Shown here piece after piece: positions 17,221 to 26,047 of a stretch of DNA of 64,000 nucleotides (position 1 is the stretch's first letter; every line of letters begins with the position of its first letter). Made by a program: the position numbers and the translations under genes. Source of the DNA: an uncultured Thermodesulfobacteriota bacterium (GTDB taxonomy: Bacteria; Desulfobacterota; GWC2-55-46; JADFVP01); contig CAYYUX010000001.1 in the NCBI GenBank assembly GCA_964474975.1, positions 465 through 64,464 of the forward strand. Direction: 5' to 3'. The notes under the pieces were generated by a model that made no database searches, was not told where the DNA came from, and saw only the letters and a program-made list of their open reading frames with translations.

Positions 17221-18018
17221 CTATTTGAAAAGGCTTTCTTCATTTCCAAGCGAGAATTTTTTCTTTTCCACAAGGATACTCACACGCCTGTTTATGGGAT
17301 CAAAGGTATCCTTGCCGTTCAGGGGCGCTACATCGGCAAAGCTCGAGACTCGGGATATGCGCCGTTCATTAAGGCCGTCACGCACAAGCTCCCTCCTCGC
17401 GGCGTTGGCCCTCTCTGCGGCAAGCTCCCAGTTAGTATGCTCCTTGTTAGCGAACTTGAAGCTGTCCGTGTGTCCCTCTATGGCTATCTGGTTGGGCATA
17501 TCTTTGAGGGTTTCCGCAAGAACTTTTAAGACGTCTTTACCCCTCTTAACGAGCCTGGCTCCGCCGCGTTCAAACATGGGGCTGTCATCAAGGTCCACAA
17601 GCTCAAGCCTTACACCATTGGTAGTGGTAAATATGAGTATCTGTTTTTTCATACTGCTGAGCCTTGTATTAACCGTCTTGGTTATCTGTAAAATGATATC
17701 ATTATTGGATTTCTTTGTGGGTACTGGTTTGGATGAACTCTTGTTTAACATGAGGGGGTTGCCTGACATGACGGATATCCCCTTGCCGCCTCCTGCCTCG
17801 GTACCCTCGAATATGGTGTAGCTTCTGAAGTATTCGGCCATACCCTTCTTGGACTCTATGGACATCATGGCTACAAGCCAGAGAACCATGAAAAAGGCCA
17901 TCATCGCCGTTACAAAGTCGGCGTAAGCAACCTTCCATGCGCCACCGTGATGCCCTCCGCCGTGGCCTTTTTTTATTACCTTTTTTATGATTATGGGTTG
18001 TGTATCGTTGTTGTCCAA
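17221..18018 (-). CDS. motB: Flagellar stator protein MotB
   Basis: N-terminal GGHHGGAWKVAYADFVTAMMAFFMVLWLV plug/TM segment and C-terminal OmpA-like peptidoglycan-binding domain (…IAIEGHTDS…WELAAERANAARREL). Stop-start overlap with motA. Confidence 0.85.
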   Translation of the reverse strand: MDNNDTQPIIIKKVIKKGHGGGHHGGAWKVAYADFVTAMMAFFMVLWLVAMMSIESKKGMAEYFRSYTIFEGTEAGGGKGISVMSGNPLMLNKSSSKPVPTKKSNNDIILQITKTVNTRLSSMKKQILIFTTTNGVRLELVDLDDSPMFERGGARLVKRGKDVLKVLAETLKDMPNQIAIEGHTDSFKFANKEHTNWELAAERANAARRELVRDGLNERRISRVSSFADVAPLNGKDTFDPINRRVSILVEKKKFSLGNEESLFK

Positions 18019-18032
18019 CTCGAATCCTCCTC

Positions 18033-18890
18033 TTATTTTTTCTTCTGCTCCTTGATGGCGTCTTCCAGATCCTTGAAGGATGGCCGAGCGCCGCTGAAGA
18101 CGGTTCTCCTTCCGGCCTCAACGGCCATCTGCGGCGGAAGGTCTTTCGCAAAGGCGAGGAGGGCTATCTTTATGGCCTCGATATACTTCGAATCATCCCT
18201 GTTCTTGTGCTCAAGATGACTGCCGAGGGGGCCTACTACGCCGTAGCTCAGAAGTATGCCGAGAAAGGTGCCCACAAGGGCCGCCGCTACGCTATGACCG
18301 ATGACCTCCGGGCCGTCGCTCATCTTGCCCATTGTGATGACGATGCCGAGTACGGCCGCTACAATGCCGAAACCGGGCAGGGCATCTCCCACCTTGGTAA
18401 TAATCCCCGGGGTTACACCGGCCTCCTCATGGTGGCTGTCCATCTCGATATCCATGAGATCTTCCATCTCCGTTGGCTTGATGCCGATGATAAAGACCCT
18501 CAGGTTGTCGCAGAGAAAATCAAGGGCATGGTGATTCTTCATGATGAATTTATTGGCCTGAAAGATTGCGCTCTCTTTTGGATTTTCAACGTCTTTTTCT
18601 ATAGAGAGGAGCCCCTCCTTCTTTATCTTTGTGAATATGTTGTACAGGAGCGTCAGGAGCGCGATATAGTGACTCTTCTTAAGGGTACTGCCTTTTATGA
18701 TGGCTGGTATGGACTTGAAGACGTCCTTCAGCAGGTTCGATGGGCATGATACGATAAGCGACCCCAGTGCCGCTCCACCGATGGTTATTAGCTCCGCAGG
18801 CTGAATGAGAATGGAAAAGTTGCCTTCCTCCATAGTGTAACCTGCGGCAATGGCGCCGAATACTACGATGAGTCCTATTATTGGCAACAT
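18033..18890 (-). CDS. motA: Flagellar stator protein MotA
   Basis: Four-TM MotA/TolQ/ExbB architecture: MLPIIGLIVVFGAIAAGYTMEEGN…, cytoplasmic loop, and C-terminal …PEVIGHSVAAALVGTFLGILLSYGVVGPL…. Confidence 0.85.
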   Translation of the reverse strand: MLPIIGLIVVFGAIAAGYTMEEGNFSILIQPAELITIGGAALGSLIVSCPSNLLKDVFKSIPAIIKGSTLKKSHYIALLTLLYNIFTKIKKEGLLSIEKDVENPKESAIFQANKFIMKNHHALDFLCDNLRVFIIGIKPTEMEDLMDIEMDSHHEEAGVTPGIITKVGDALPGFGIVAAVLGIVITMGKMSDGPEVIGHSVAAALVGTFLGILLSYGVVGPLGSHLEHKNRDDSKYIEAIKIALLAFAKDLPPQMAVEAGRRTVFSGARPSFKDLEDAIKEQKKK

Positions 18891-19167
18891 GGCAATCCTT
18901 TTAACTTAAGATAAATTTTTATAGTTATTACGGCAGTTATCCGCGTCTGAAAGGGGCCTGTCTCTATTCACTCCCCTTCTTTTACACATCGGATGGGTAT
19001 AGCAAAACTTTATGGTAAATACCTCTCATCCATAGAAGGTAAGTAGGCACTCTTCCCTTGCCGTGTCACTAAACCGACTATTTAACCTCTCATCACATTC
19101 TATATTGACACCCACCCTCCTTTAACGTATAATTCAAACTCACCTCGAATAAATCTTCCCGTCCCAA

Positions 19168-19385
19168 GGGGCATATATTTCTTCCTGAGATTCATTTCGA
19201 TATTATTGGGGGCCTTTTTACTATTTCCGATATTCACCTCGGGCTATATTGGGGCCACGTTTTTCTTCCTGAGATTCATCTCAGCCCTTATGAGGGCTAC
19301 TTTCTTCATCCTGACATCCCCCTCGGCCTTTGTGGGGCCTCTTTACTTCCATCTTGAGATCCATACAGGAGTTGCAGGGCGGTTT
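19168..19385. repeat. Array of about 5 degenerate tandem repeats with an about 41-45 bp period in the motA / sigma-54-activator divergent intergenic region
   Basis: Units share TTTYTTCCWGAGATYCAY…(A/T)TTGGGGCC. For example, 19176-19196 'tttcttcctgagattcatttc' recurs as 19262-19282 'tttcttcctgagattcatctc'; compare 19301 'tttcttcatcctgacatcc' and 19342 'tttacttccatcttgagatccat', each followed by a GGGGCC/GGGGCCT block. The tool ORFs 19206-19541 and 19330-19566 are low-complexity artefacts of this array. Confidence 0.6.
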
Positions 19386-19537
19386 TGTCTCAACGCATCC
19401 CCCTATACTCCATGGCGGTTTTCACAGCTCAGGCTTTACAGATCTCGAAGTACATATTGCATACTCAGTTTATTGTCGAGACATACTCATCTTGATATAC
19501 ATCCTCGATATCATCTTTTATACAAAAGGAGAGATAC

Positions 19538-20938
19538 ATGAGGAAAAAAAATGTTATTTTAGTTGAGGAAGAAGGCCAGCTCACTCAATTCCTCAAAGAA
19601 AAATTTCGTGCCGAGGATTATTCCATAAACACCATTAAAAAGCCTGATGCCGCCATAAGCTACATTCGTCGAAATACTCCAAACGTAGTCATAGCGGATC
19701 TCAACATCACCGGTCTCGATGATATTGAGTTTGTGCGTTCCATCGCAGGCGCGAGTCCGAGCTCAAGCATCATAGTCATACCCCGTGACGGATCCGTAAA
19801 AAAGGCCATGGATGCCCTTAACGCGGGTGCCTTTTCCTACATAAAGAAGCCTTTTAATAAAGTAGAGGTCCTTGTGACCATTGAGAAGGCCTTTGAGGTT
19901 AGCGATCTTACGGCGGAAAATCTCAGGCTGAAACGTAACATCGGCCACAAATTGAAGGACCGTCTCCTCGGCACGAGCGACAAGATAGAGCATGTGCGGA
20001 GTATTATAGACAAGGTGGCCGATACGGACTCCACTGTGCTTATACTCGGCGAGAGCGGAACGGGCAAGGAGATAGTGGCAAAATCCCTCCACTTCGGCAG
20101 TAACAGGGCGAGCGCGCCCTTTGTCCCCATAAACTGCGGCGCCATCCCCGAAGACCTCCTTGAGAGCGAGCTCTTTGGACACGAAAAGGGAGCCTTCACA
20201 GGGGCCATAGCCACAAAGATAGGAAGGTTCGAGGCCGCGAACGGCGGAACCGTTTTTCTTGATGAGGTAGGCGATATGAGCCCCGGTCTTCAGGTTAAGA
20301 TATTGAGGGTCCTGCAGGAAAAGGAGTTCGAGAGAGTTGGCGGAAGGAAGACCATCAAGGTGGACATCAGAGTCATCGCGGCTACGAATCAGGACCTTGC
20401 CAGAGGCATAAAAGATAAAACTTTCAGGGAAGACCTCTATTACAGACTTAATGTAATACCAATAGACATGCCTCCTTTACGGGAAAGGAAAGAAGATATA
20501 CCCGTATTTATTAAACATTTTCTCAAAACCATCTCAAAGAAGAAACATAAGAATGTGACAACCATCTCCCCTGATGCCATGAGTCTTTTTGAAGAGTACG
20601 AATGGCCGGGCAATGTTCGTGAGATGGAAAATGTCATAGAGCGTATAGTGGTATTGAAGGAAAGGGGCATGGTGACGGAAAAGGACCTGCCAGACAACAT
20701 AAAAAAAGCCACTGTCCTGCTCTCAAGAAAACGCGTCAAGGGCTTTGATTATCGCGTTTACATCTCCCCCGAGGGTGTTGATTTTAATTCCGTAGTGGAT
20801 AAGTTCGAGACTGACCTCATTGTTAATGCCCTTGATATGGTTAATGGCGTAAAAAAGAACGCCGCAAAGTTCCTTAAGCTCAACAGGACAACCCTCATCG
20901 AGAAGATGAAGAGAAAGGGACTCCGCCTTGATGCCTAA
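19538..20938 (+). CDS. NtrC-family sigma-54-dependent transcriptional activator (receiver - AAA+ - HTH); FleQ/FlrA-like flagellar master regulator candidate
   Basis: N-terminal receiver-like domain, then AAA+ sigma-54 interaction domain (GESGTGKE Walker A, GAFTGA loop in '…EKGAFTGAIA…', ESELFGHEKGAF), and a C-terminal Fis-type HTH (…NGVKKNAAKFLKLNRTTLIEKMKR). RBS AAAGGAG upstream. Not adjacent to a kinase, unlike the second activator at 24438. Confidence 0.8.
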   Translation: MRKKNVILVEEEGQLTQFLKEKFRAEDYSINTIKKPDAAISYIRRNTPNVVIADLNITGLDDIEFVRSIAGASPSSSIIVIPRDGSVKKAMDALNAGAFSYIKKPFNKVEVLVTIEKAFEVSDLTAENLRLKRNIGHKLKDRLLGTSDKIEHVRSIIDKVADTDSTVLILGESGTGKEIVAKSLHFGSNRASAPFVPINCGAIPEDLLESELFGHEKGAFTGAIATKIGRFEAANGGTVFLDEVGDMSPGLQVKILRVLQEKEFERVGGRKTIKVDIRVIAATNQDLARGIKDKTFREDLYYRLNVIPIDMPPLRERKEDIPVFIKHFLKTISKKKHKNVTTISPDAMSLFEEYEWPGNVREMENVIERIVVLKERGMVTEKDLPDNIKKATVLLSRKRVKGFDYRVYISPEGVDFNSVVDKFETDLIVNALDMVNGVKKNAAKFLKLNRTTLIEKMKRKGLRLDA

Positions 20939-21093
20939 AGGTCAAGCTTTCGACACCCTTAAGATGACTATCTTATGAGGCAATCCATACTCCACACCCA
21001 TGATTCTGCCAAGGCCTTAAAAAAAGCGCATTAAAGGCTCTGACTCCCCTTTAAACAGGTTTTTTAAACACTCGTGACGCAGGGCTTGCCCTG

Positions 21094-21109
21094 TGGCACG
21101 AGTGTTGCT
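21094..21109 (+). promoter_or_regulatory. sigma-54 (-24/-12) promoter upstream of the TPR protein gene
   Basis: TGGCACGagtgTTGCT (GG 21095-21096, GC 21107-21108, spacing N10) matches TGGCAC-N5-TTGCW. It is 30 bp upstream of the ATG at 21140 and embedded in a 17-bp imperfect palindrome (21071-21104). Confidence 0.6.
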
Positions 21110-21139
21110 TCTCTTTATTACAAGGAGAGGGATCTGTCT

Positions 21140-23569
21140 ATGGTTAAGTACTTTCTATATCCCGTAATATTTGTGCTTGCCTGGGGTTTTGCCGTACCCG
21201 GTGACTGCACAGCGAGGCGGGCCGGAGTAGATATAAGGGCCGTAAGGGCGGGAAGGCATAGGGATTTTTACCGCCTTGTCATAGTGCTTCGCCGTAAGGC
21301 TATGTACAGGATTATAAAGACGAAAAAGGCCCTTGATATATATATTGTCGATGTGGACTCTCGAGGTTTGAAGGGCGGCTTTGCGGGTACTAGGCTTTTC
21401 AGGGTTAAGAATATCTCAACTTCATTAAAAAACGGCATGCCCTTTACCACAATGAATGTCGCTCTCCGTAGTCCCGTGGTTATACGCGACAAAGTGGTGT
21501 TGAGACCTTACAGGATTGTTATTGATATGTATCCTCTTAAAAAGCCGAAGCGGCCTGGCGGGAGAAGAACAGAGACCGCGGCAGGGCGTAAAAAAAAGAC
21601 TGCAGTGTTGAAGACGACTTCTGTGAAGAGACTTCGAAATAAGTCGGTACATAAAAAATCTTCGAAAAAGTCTTATCGCGGCGCAGGTCATCTTAAGGCC
21701 TTTGCCTTTAATGAAGGTTGGAGGTGGATATTCAGAAAAGAGGCTGTAAGACACCTTAAAGAGGCCTTTTACGGAAATATTCCCGACAAGGGGCTTGAGA
21801 TACTCCTCGAGTATGTGCCGATAAAGGGCGGTTCTGCATGGGACGACGGGGCCGAGGCCGACGCCTACGTGAAAGCCCTTGCAAAGCACGGTTATAAGGC
21901 AAGGGCCGCTACCCTCAAGACGATAATCGCACTTATTAAAAAAGACGGCGGCCTCCTAGTGGCGGAGCGTGTGATTATAAAGACGGCATATAACAACTAT
22001 ACGCCGATAGCGTATTTTCTTCTGGCCTCTGCCTACGAGAGAGAGGGGCTTTATCCTGAGGCAGTTGCTTACTACGGTATGGCCTATGAGGCGAAGGCAA
22101 GTAAAAAGCTCAAGGCGCGCGCCGCCCTTGGCAGGGGCAGGGTGCTGTTTTTTTCCGGGCATCTGGAGAAGTCTTTAAAGTGGTTTGAGAGGGCAAGGCA
22201 GGAGGGCTCTGCAGAGGCAGATGGTTGGCTTGCCGGGAGCCTGCTCCTGAAAGGAGAGTTCAGGTCGGCATGGGCAAGATACGGCAGACTCGGTCTCACA
22301 AAAGACCCGCTAAGCCTTATGGGCCTCGGTGATATGAAGATGATGCGAGGTGATTACAAGGGGGCGCATCTGATATTCAAAGGCCTTAAATCAAGGTTCG
22401 TGGATGAGCCTTTCCTGAGGTCTTTCTTTGCCATAAGGTCAGCTGATTCTCTGCTGGCCGCAGGCTCGGTAAAGGCGGGCCTCGCGGCCTACAAAGCAGT
22501 CAAAAAAAAATCAAAGGGTGAGGGGCTTGCCCTCTCGGAGATGGCGCTTGCCGATTATTATTCCGGAGACGGCGGCAAACTTCCAGAGGCGAAGGCACTA
22601 TACAGAGAGGTTGCCGAAAGCGGAAGCAGAGGCGCTGGTGAGGCATACATAAGGCTTGCCATAGTCCTTGAGAAGTTAAAAGAATACGGCGAGGCGATGA
22701 AAACGCTTGACGAGATATCACCTGAAAAAAAACTCTTTTCAAGAACAGATATGGCGGGCTTTCTTCGCTCCAGGATAGCCTTTAATTGGATTAAAGACCT
22801 CTATTTCAAAAAAAAGTGGCTCGATACTGCAAGGATTAATTTTCGATACGGAGATTGGATTACCTTTGGCAAGAGGGCGGGAAATTCTCTTAGGGCAGGC
22901 GAGGCGCTTATGCGTTTAGGCCTTACGCCCGACGCCGTCAAGGCCCTTAATAATGCAGTGCATATAGGAACCCCTGAGATAAAGGCGAAGGCTCTTATGC
23001 TCCTAACCCGTTTATACCTTGATCAGAGAGACGGCATTGCCGCCGCCGCTGTTCTTGAAGACCTGCGGTCTTCTTCTCCTGTGGCGGCGCGCTCGCCAAA
23101 ATGGTCTGCCTATTATATAGAGGCGCAGTACCTCAAGGGTAACTTCAAGGATGTGATACGGCTGAGCCGTAGTAAAAAATCAGGATCTGTAATGCTCCTG
23201 AGGGCCAAGGCATATCGCGGCCTCGGGATGTGGCCTGAGGCCGGAAAGTCCTACGCAAAGGCAAGGGATTTATTCAGGAAACATAAGGACAAAAAAAGAC
23301 TTCTCGAGGCCGAGACAGGATACGCCGACAGTCAATTTATCGCCCGCGGATTTACAGAGGCCATAAATGCCTACAACAGGGCTGAGGCAATGGCCGCAAA
23401 TGGCAACACAGTTACAGAGAGTTGGCTGAGATATCGCCTATCGCTTAGTTATGCCGGTGCAGGCATGAGAGGAAAGGCCGTAAAGGCCCTGAAAAACTTG
23501 AAGCACAGCGAGAGGTCTTACGGAGACTGGGCAGAGGCCCTGCAGATGGCAGAGAGAGGAGGGTCGTAG
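21140..23569 (+). CDS. Large secreted TPR-repeat protein (about 810 aa) with a lysine-rich segment; flagellum-associated scaffold candidate
   Basis: Signal-peptide-like N-terminus MVKYFLYPVIFVLAWGFAVPG. Basic low-complexity stretch (KKPKRPGGRRTETAAGRKKKTAVLK…KKSSKKSYRG). Multiple TPR-like Ala/Tyr/Leu-rich helical pairs through the rest (e.g. AYFLLASAYEREGLYPEAVAYYGMAYEA…, AKAYRGLGMWPEAGKSYAKA). The tool start at 21074 precedes the sigma-54 promoter, so 21140 is preferred. Confidence 0.7.
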   Translation: MVKYFLYPVIFVLAWGFAVPGDCTARRAGVDIRAVRAGRHRDFYRLVIVLRRKAMYRIIKTKKALDIYIVDVDSRGLKGGFAGTRLFRVKNISTSLKNGMPFTTMNVALRSPVVIRDKVVLRPYRIVIDMYPLKKPKRPGGRRTETAAGRKKKTAVLKTTSVKRLRNKSVHKKSSKKSYRGAGHLKAFAFNEGWRWIFRKEAVRHLKEAFYGNIPDKGLEILLEYVPIKGGSAWDDGAEADAYVKALAKHGYKARAATLKTIIALIKKDGGLLVAERVIIKTAYNNYTPIAYFLLASAYEREGLYPEAVAYYGMAYEAKASKKLKARAALGRGRVLFFSGHLEKSLKWFERARQEGSAEADGWLAGSLLLKGEFRSAWARYGRLGLTKDPLSLMGLGDMKMMRGDYKGAHLIFKGLKSRFVDEPFLRSFFAIRSADSLLAAGSVKAGLAAYKAVKKKSKGEGLALSEMALADYYSGDGGKLPEAKALYREVAESGSRGAGEAYIRLAIVLEKLKEYGEAMKTLDEISPEKKLFSRTDMAGFLRSRIAFNWIKDLYFKKKWLDTARINFRYGDWITFGKRAGNSLRAGEALMRLGLTPDAVKALNNAVHIGTPEIKAKALMLLTRLYLDQRDGIAAAAVLEDLRSSSPVAARSPKWSAYYIEAQYLKGNFKDVIRLSRSKKSGSVMLLRAKAYRGLGMWPEAGKSYAKARDLFRKHKDKKRLLEAETGYADSQFIARGFTEAINAYNRAEAMAANGNTVTESWLRYRLSLSYAGAGMRGKAVKALKNLKHSERSYGDWAEALQMAERGGS

Positions 23570-23576
23570 AGTCATT

Positions 23577-24407
23577 ATGGACGTTAAGGTTGATAAGGCA
23601 TTTCTCAAGAGCGCCTTCATGGACTTTGAAGCATCGTCACGAAAGCTCGAGATGCAGTACGCAAGGCTCGGCGATAAGCTCGGAGACCTTGAGAGAGAGT
23701 TCTCTGGAAAAAACCGCGCCGCCGAGAGGACGGCAAGGCTTGCCGCCATGGGTGAGATGGCCGCGAAGATAGCACATGAGATAAGAAATCCCCTTGGCTC
23801 CATGCTTATATTTTCCACCATACTCTGCCGTGAACTCGATGGGCAGAGCAGGGCTCAGACCCTTGCCGGGCATATTGTAGAGGGTATAGGAAATCTTGAC
23901 CGTATACTCTCCGACATGCTCGTATTCTCCAATCAGCCCGAGCCTTCTCTTATTCCCCTTACCATAAGAAAGGTTATAGAAGATGCCCTGAGAACCTGTT
24001 CCGGCAGTAAAGCCGTGAATATTACCATAGAAAATTTTTCAGATGAGAACGCCATGGTCATGGGAGACGAGCGGCTCCTTAAACAGCTTTTTGTCAATCT
24101 TATCTTCAACGCTTTTGACGCCATCGGCGATAAGAGCGGCGCCATAAACATATCAACTTCTCTGCGAGAGGGTCAGAACCTTGAGGTGGTTATACGGGAC
24201 AACGGATGCGGGATGGACGAGGAGACTCAGGACAGGATATTCGAGCCCTTTTACACTACGAGGCATAGCGGGACGGGCCTTGGCCTTGCAATTGTGTCCT
24301 CGATAGTCAAGGCGCATGGAGGTGACATCGAGTGCCTCTCAAGCGATGGATGCGGCACGAGCTTTATTCTTCATCTGCCATATTATGACAGGGGGTGTGA
24401 GGCATGA
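23577..24407 (+). CDS. Cytoplasmic sensor histidine kinase (HisKA + HATPase_c, no TM segments); FlrB/FleS/FlgS-like
   Basis: H-box [12 protein letters not shown]-box ([13 protein letters not shown]), G1/G2 boxes (DNGCGMD…GTGLGLAIV). No hydrophobic TM stretch. Immediately upstream of a sigma-54 response regulator. Confidence 0.8.
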   Translation: MDVKVDKAFLKSAFMDFEASSRKLEMQYARLGDKLGDLEREFSGKNRAAERTARLAAMGEMAAKIAHEIRNPLGSMLIFSTILCRELDGQSRAQTLAGHIVEGIGNLDRILSDMLVFSNQPEPSLIPLTIRKVIEDALRTCSGSKAVNITIENFSDENAMVMGDERLLKQLFVNLIFNAFDAIGDKSGAINISTSLREGQNLEVVIRDNGCGMDEETQDRIFEPFYTTRHSGTGLGLAIVSSIVKAHGGDIECLSSDGCGTSFILHLPYYDRGCEA

Positions 24408-24437
24408 TGGAGAGAATAATCTTAATGGAGGTTATAT

Positions 24438-25799
24438 ATGCAGGACATACTCGTTGTTGACGATGACCTTGGCATGCGGACGGCCCTTAATGAGGCGCTT
24501 TGCCGGAAGGGTTACAGAGTGGATATCGCAAGCTCCGGACGCGAGGCCCTTGATATGTTTCATGATATGAGCTACAGGCTTGTAATAAGTGATATGAAGA
24601 TGCCCGGCATGGACGGCGTGGAGCTGATGAAGGGGCTTAAGAAGATAGAGCCCACTACTCCGGTGCTTTTGATAACGGCCTTTGGAACAGTAAAAAAGGC
24701 AGTGGAGGCAGTAAAAGAAGGTGCCGTTGATTTTATCCAGAAACCCTTTGCCCTTGAGAGGCTTGAGGTGCTTGTAGATAAGACCCTCAAGGGCGCCTAC
24801 TGTCATGATGTCCCTGAAGAGGGCATAAAGGGGGTTTTTATGCCCACAAGGTCTTGCGCGATGAGCAAGACCTTGGCCTTTGCGAGGATAGCGGCTGGCA
24901 GTACTGCCACTGTGCTTATAGGCGGCGAGAGCGGCACGGGTAAAGAGCTGGTCTCAAGGTTTATTCACGAGCAGAGCGTCAGGCGTATGAGGCCTTTTGT
25001 GGCGGTTAACTGCGCATCCATACCCGATGGCCTCCTTGAGAGCGAACTCTTCGGCTTTGAAAAAGGCGCCTTTACTGGCGCGGCCACGGGAAGGGCTGGC
25101 AAATTCGAGCAGGCCCATAAAGGCACGATACTACTCGACGAGGTAAGTGAGATGGACGTAAAGCTTCAGGCAAAGCTCCTCAGGGTAATACAGGAACGAG
25201 AGGTGGAGCGCCTCGGCGGCAAAAAGGTCACTGCCCTTGATATAAGGATAATCGCCACGACAAACAGAGACATCAGACGCGAGGTATCTGAGGGGCGTTT
25301 CAGAGAAGACCTCTTCTATCGGCTGAATATCTTCCCAATCATTATACCGCCGTTACGCGATAGAAAAGAAGACATATCTCTCTTGTCAAGACACTTTATG
25401 GCAAGGTTCAGCAGAAAGTACAATCGGCACCTTCTTGATATATCCGATGAGGCCATGGCCTGCCTTGAGGCCCGTCGATGGCCGGGAAACGTCCGTGAGC
25501 TTGAAAATACCATTGAGCGTTCCGTGCTTCTCAGTAATGGCACGGTACTTTCAAAAGAACACATCCTCTTATGCAATGACGATGGCGATAAAGAGGAACC
25601 CATGACACCGGTGCCTCAGGGTTTTTCCTTTGACGGAATAACCATTAAGGACGTTGAGAGGGACCTTATATATAAGACGCTTGACGATACAGGGGGCAAC
25701 AGGACAAGGGCGGCGAGAAGGCTTGGAATATCCATAAGAACACTCCGAAACAAACTTAACGAGTATGACGCCGCCGCAACTCATCGGGCCGTTTCTTAG
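24438..25799 (+). CDS. NtrC-family sigma-54-dependent response regulator (FlrC/FleR/FlgR-like)
   Basis: Canonical receiver (ILVVDDDLGMR…VISDMKMPGMDG…LLITAFG…KP), AAA+ domain (GESGTGKE, GAFTGA, ESELFGFEKGAF), C-terminal HTH (GGNRTRAARRLGISIRTLRNKL). Confidence 0.85.
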   Translation: MQDILVVDDDLGMRTALNEALCRKGYRVDIASSGREALDMFHDMSYRLVISDMKMPGMDGVELMKGLKKIEPTTPVLLITAFGTVKKAVEAVKEGAVDFIQKPFALERLEVLVDKTLKGAYCHDVPEEGIKGVFMPTRSCAMSKTLAFARIAAGSTATVLIGGESGTGKELVSRFIHEQSVRRMRPFVAVNCASIPDGLLESELFGFEKGAFTGAATGRAGKFEQAHKGTILLDEVSEMDVKLQAKLLRVIQEREVERLGGKKVTALDIRIIATTNRDIRREVSEGRFREDLFYRLNIFPIIIPPLRDRKEDISLLSRHFMARFSRKYNRHLLDISDEAMACLEARRWPGNVRELENTIERSVLLSNGTVLSKEHILLCNDDGDKEEPMTPVPQGFSFDGITIKDVERDLIYKTLDDTGGNRTRAARRLGISIRTLRNKLNEYDAAATHRAVS

Positions 25800-25872
25800 A
25801 CGCTATGAGGCAGTTTTTTCCTTTTTAATCACGCGCTCTACAGAATACTTAAGCAAAACATGCCTGCTCCGA

Positions 25873-25889
25873 CGGTATGAATCTTGCAA
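25873..25889 (+). promoter_or_regulatory. Possible sigma-54 promoter upstream of flgBC-fliE…
   Basis: cGGTATgaatcTTGCAa: GG(25874-25875)-N10-GC(25886-25887) with a perfect -12 TTGCA but a weak -24 (CGGTAT vs TGGCAC). About 160-nt GA-rich leader to flgB. Confidence 0.35.
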
Positions 25890-26047
25890 TTATATTTCTC
25901 GGCAAAGCAATACCCGGGCAGGAGCGATAATGTGGAAGGAGGCTAAGAGGACCGGGAGGTATGAGAACTTGGGAGCAGGGGGATTAGAATCGGGCAGGGG
26001 AGTTATGGGTGTAGTAATCTTACATCCTCCCCTTCAAAGAGGTGAGT

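Noticed and set aside
19168-19385. Repeat array upstream of the sigma-54 activator considered as a CRISPR array
   Set aside because: Units are degenerate, not identical. There are no unique spacers between conserved repeats and no cas genes anywhere in the window. It is better described as phased degenerate tandem repeats in a promoter region.
19206-19566. ORFs 19206-19541 and 19330-19566 in the motA/activator intergenic region
   Set aside because: They lie across the tandem repeats and give repetitive, hydrophobic nonsense. They overlap the RBS/start of the sigma-54 activator gene and have no RBS of their own.
21074-21139. Longer start for the TPR protein at 21074
   Set aside because: The extension would begin upstream of, and read through, the sigma-54 promoter at 21094-21109. 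The ATG at 21140 has an RBS and yields a clean signal peptide.
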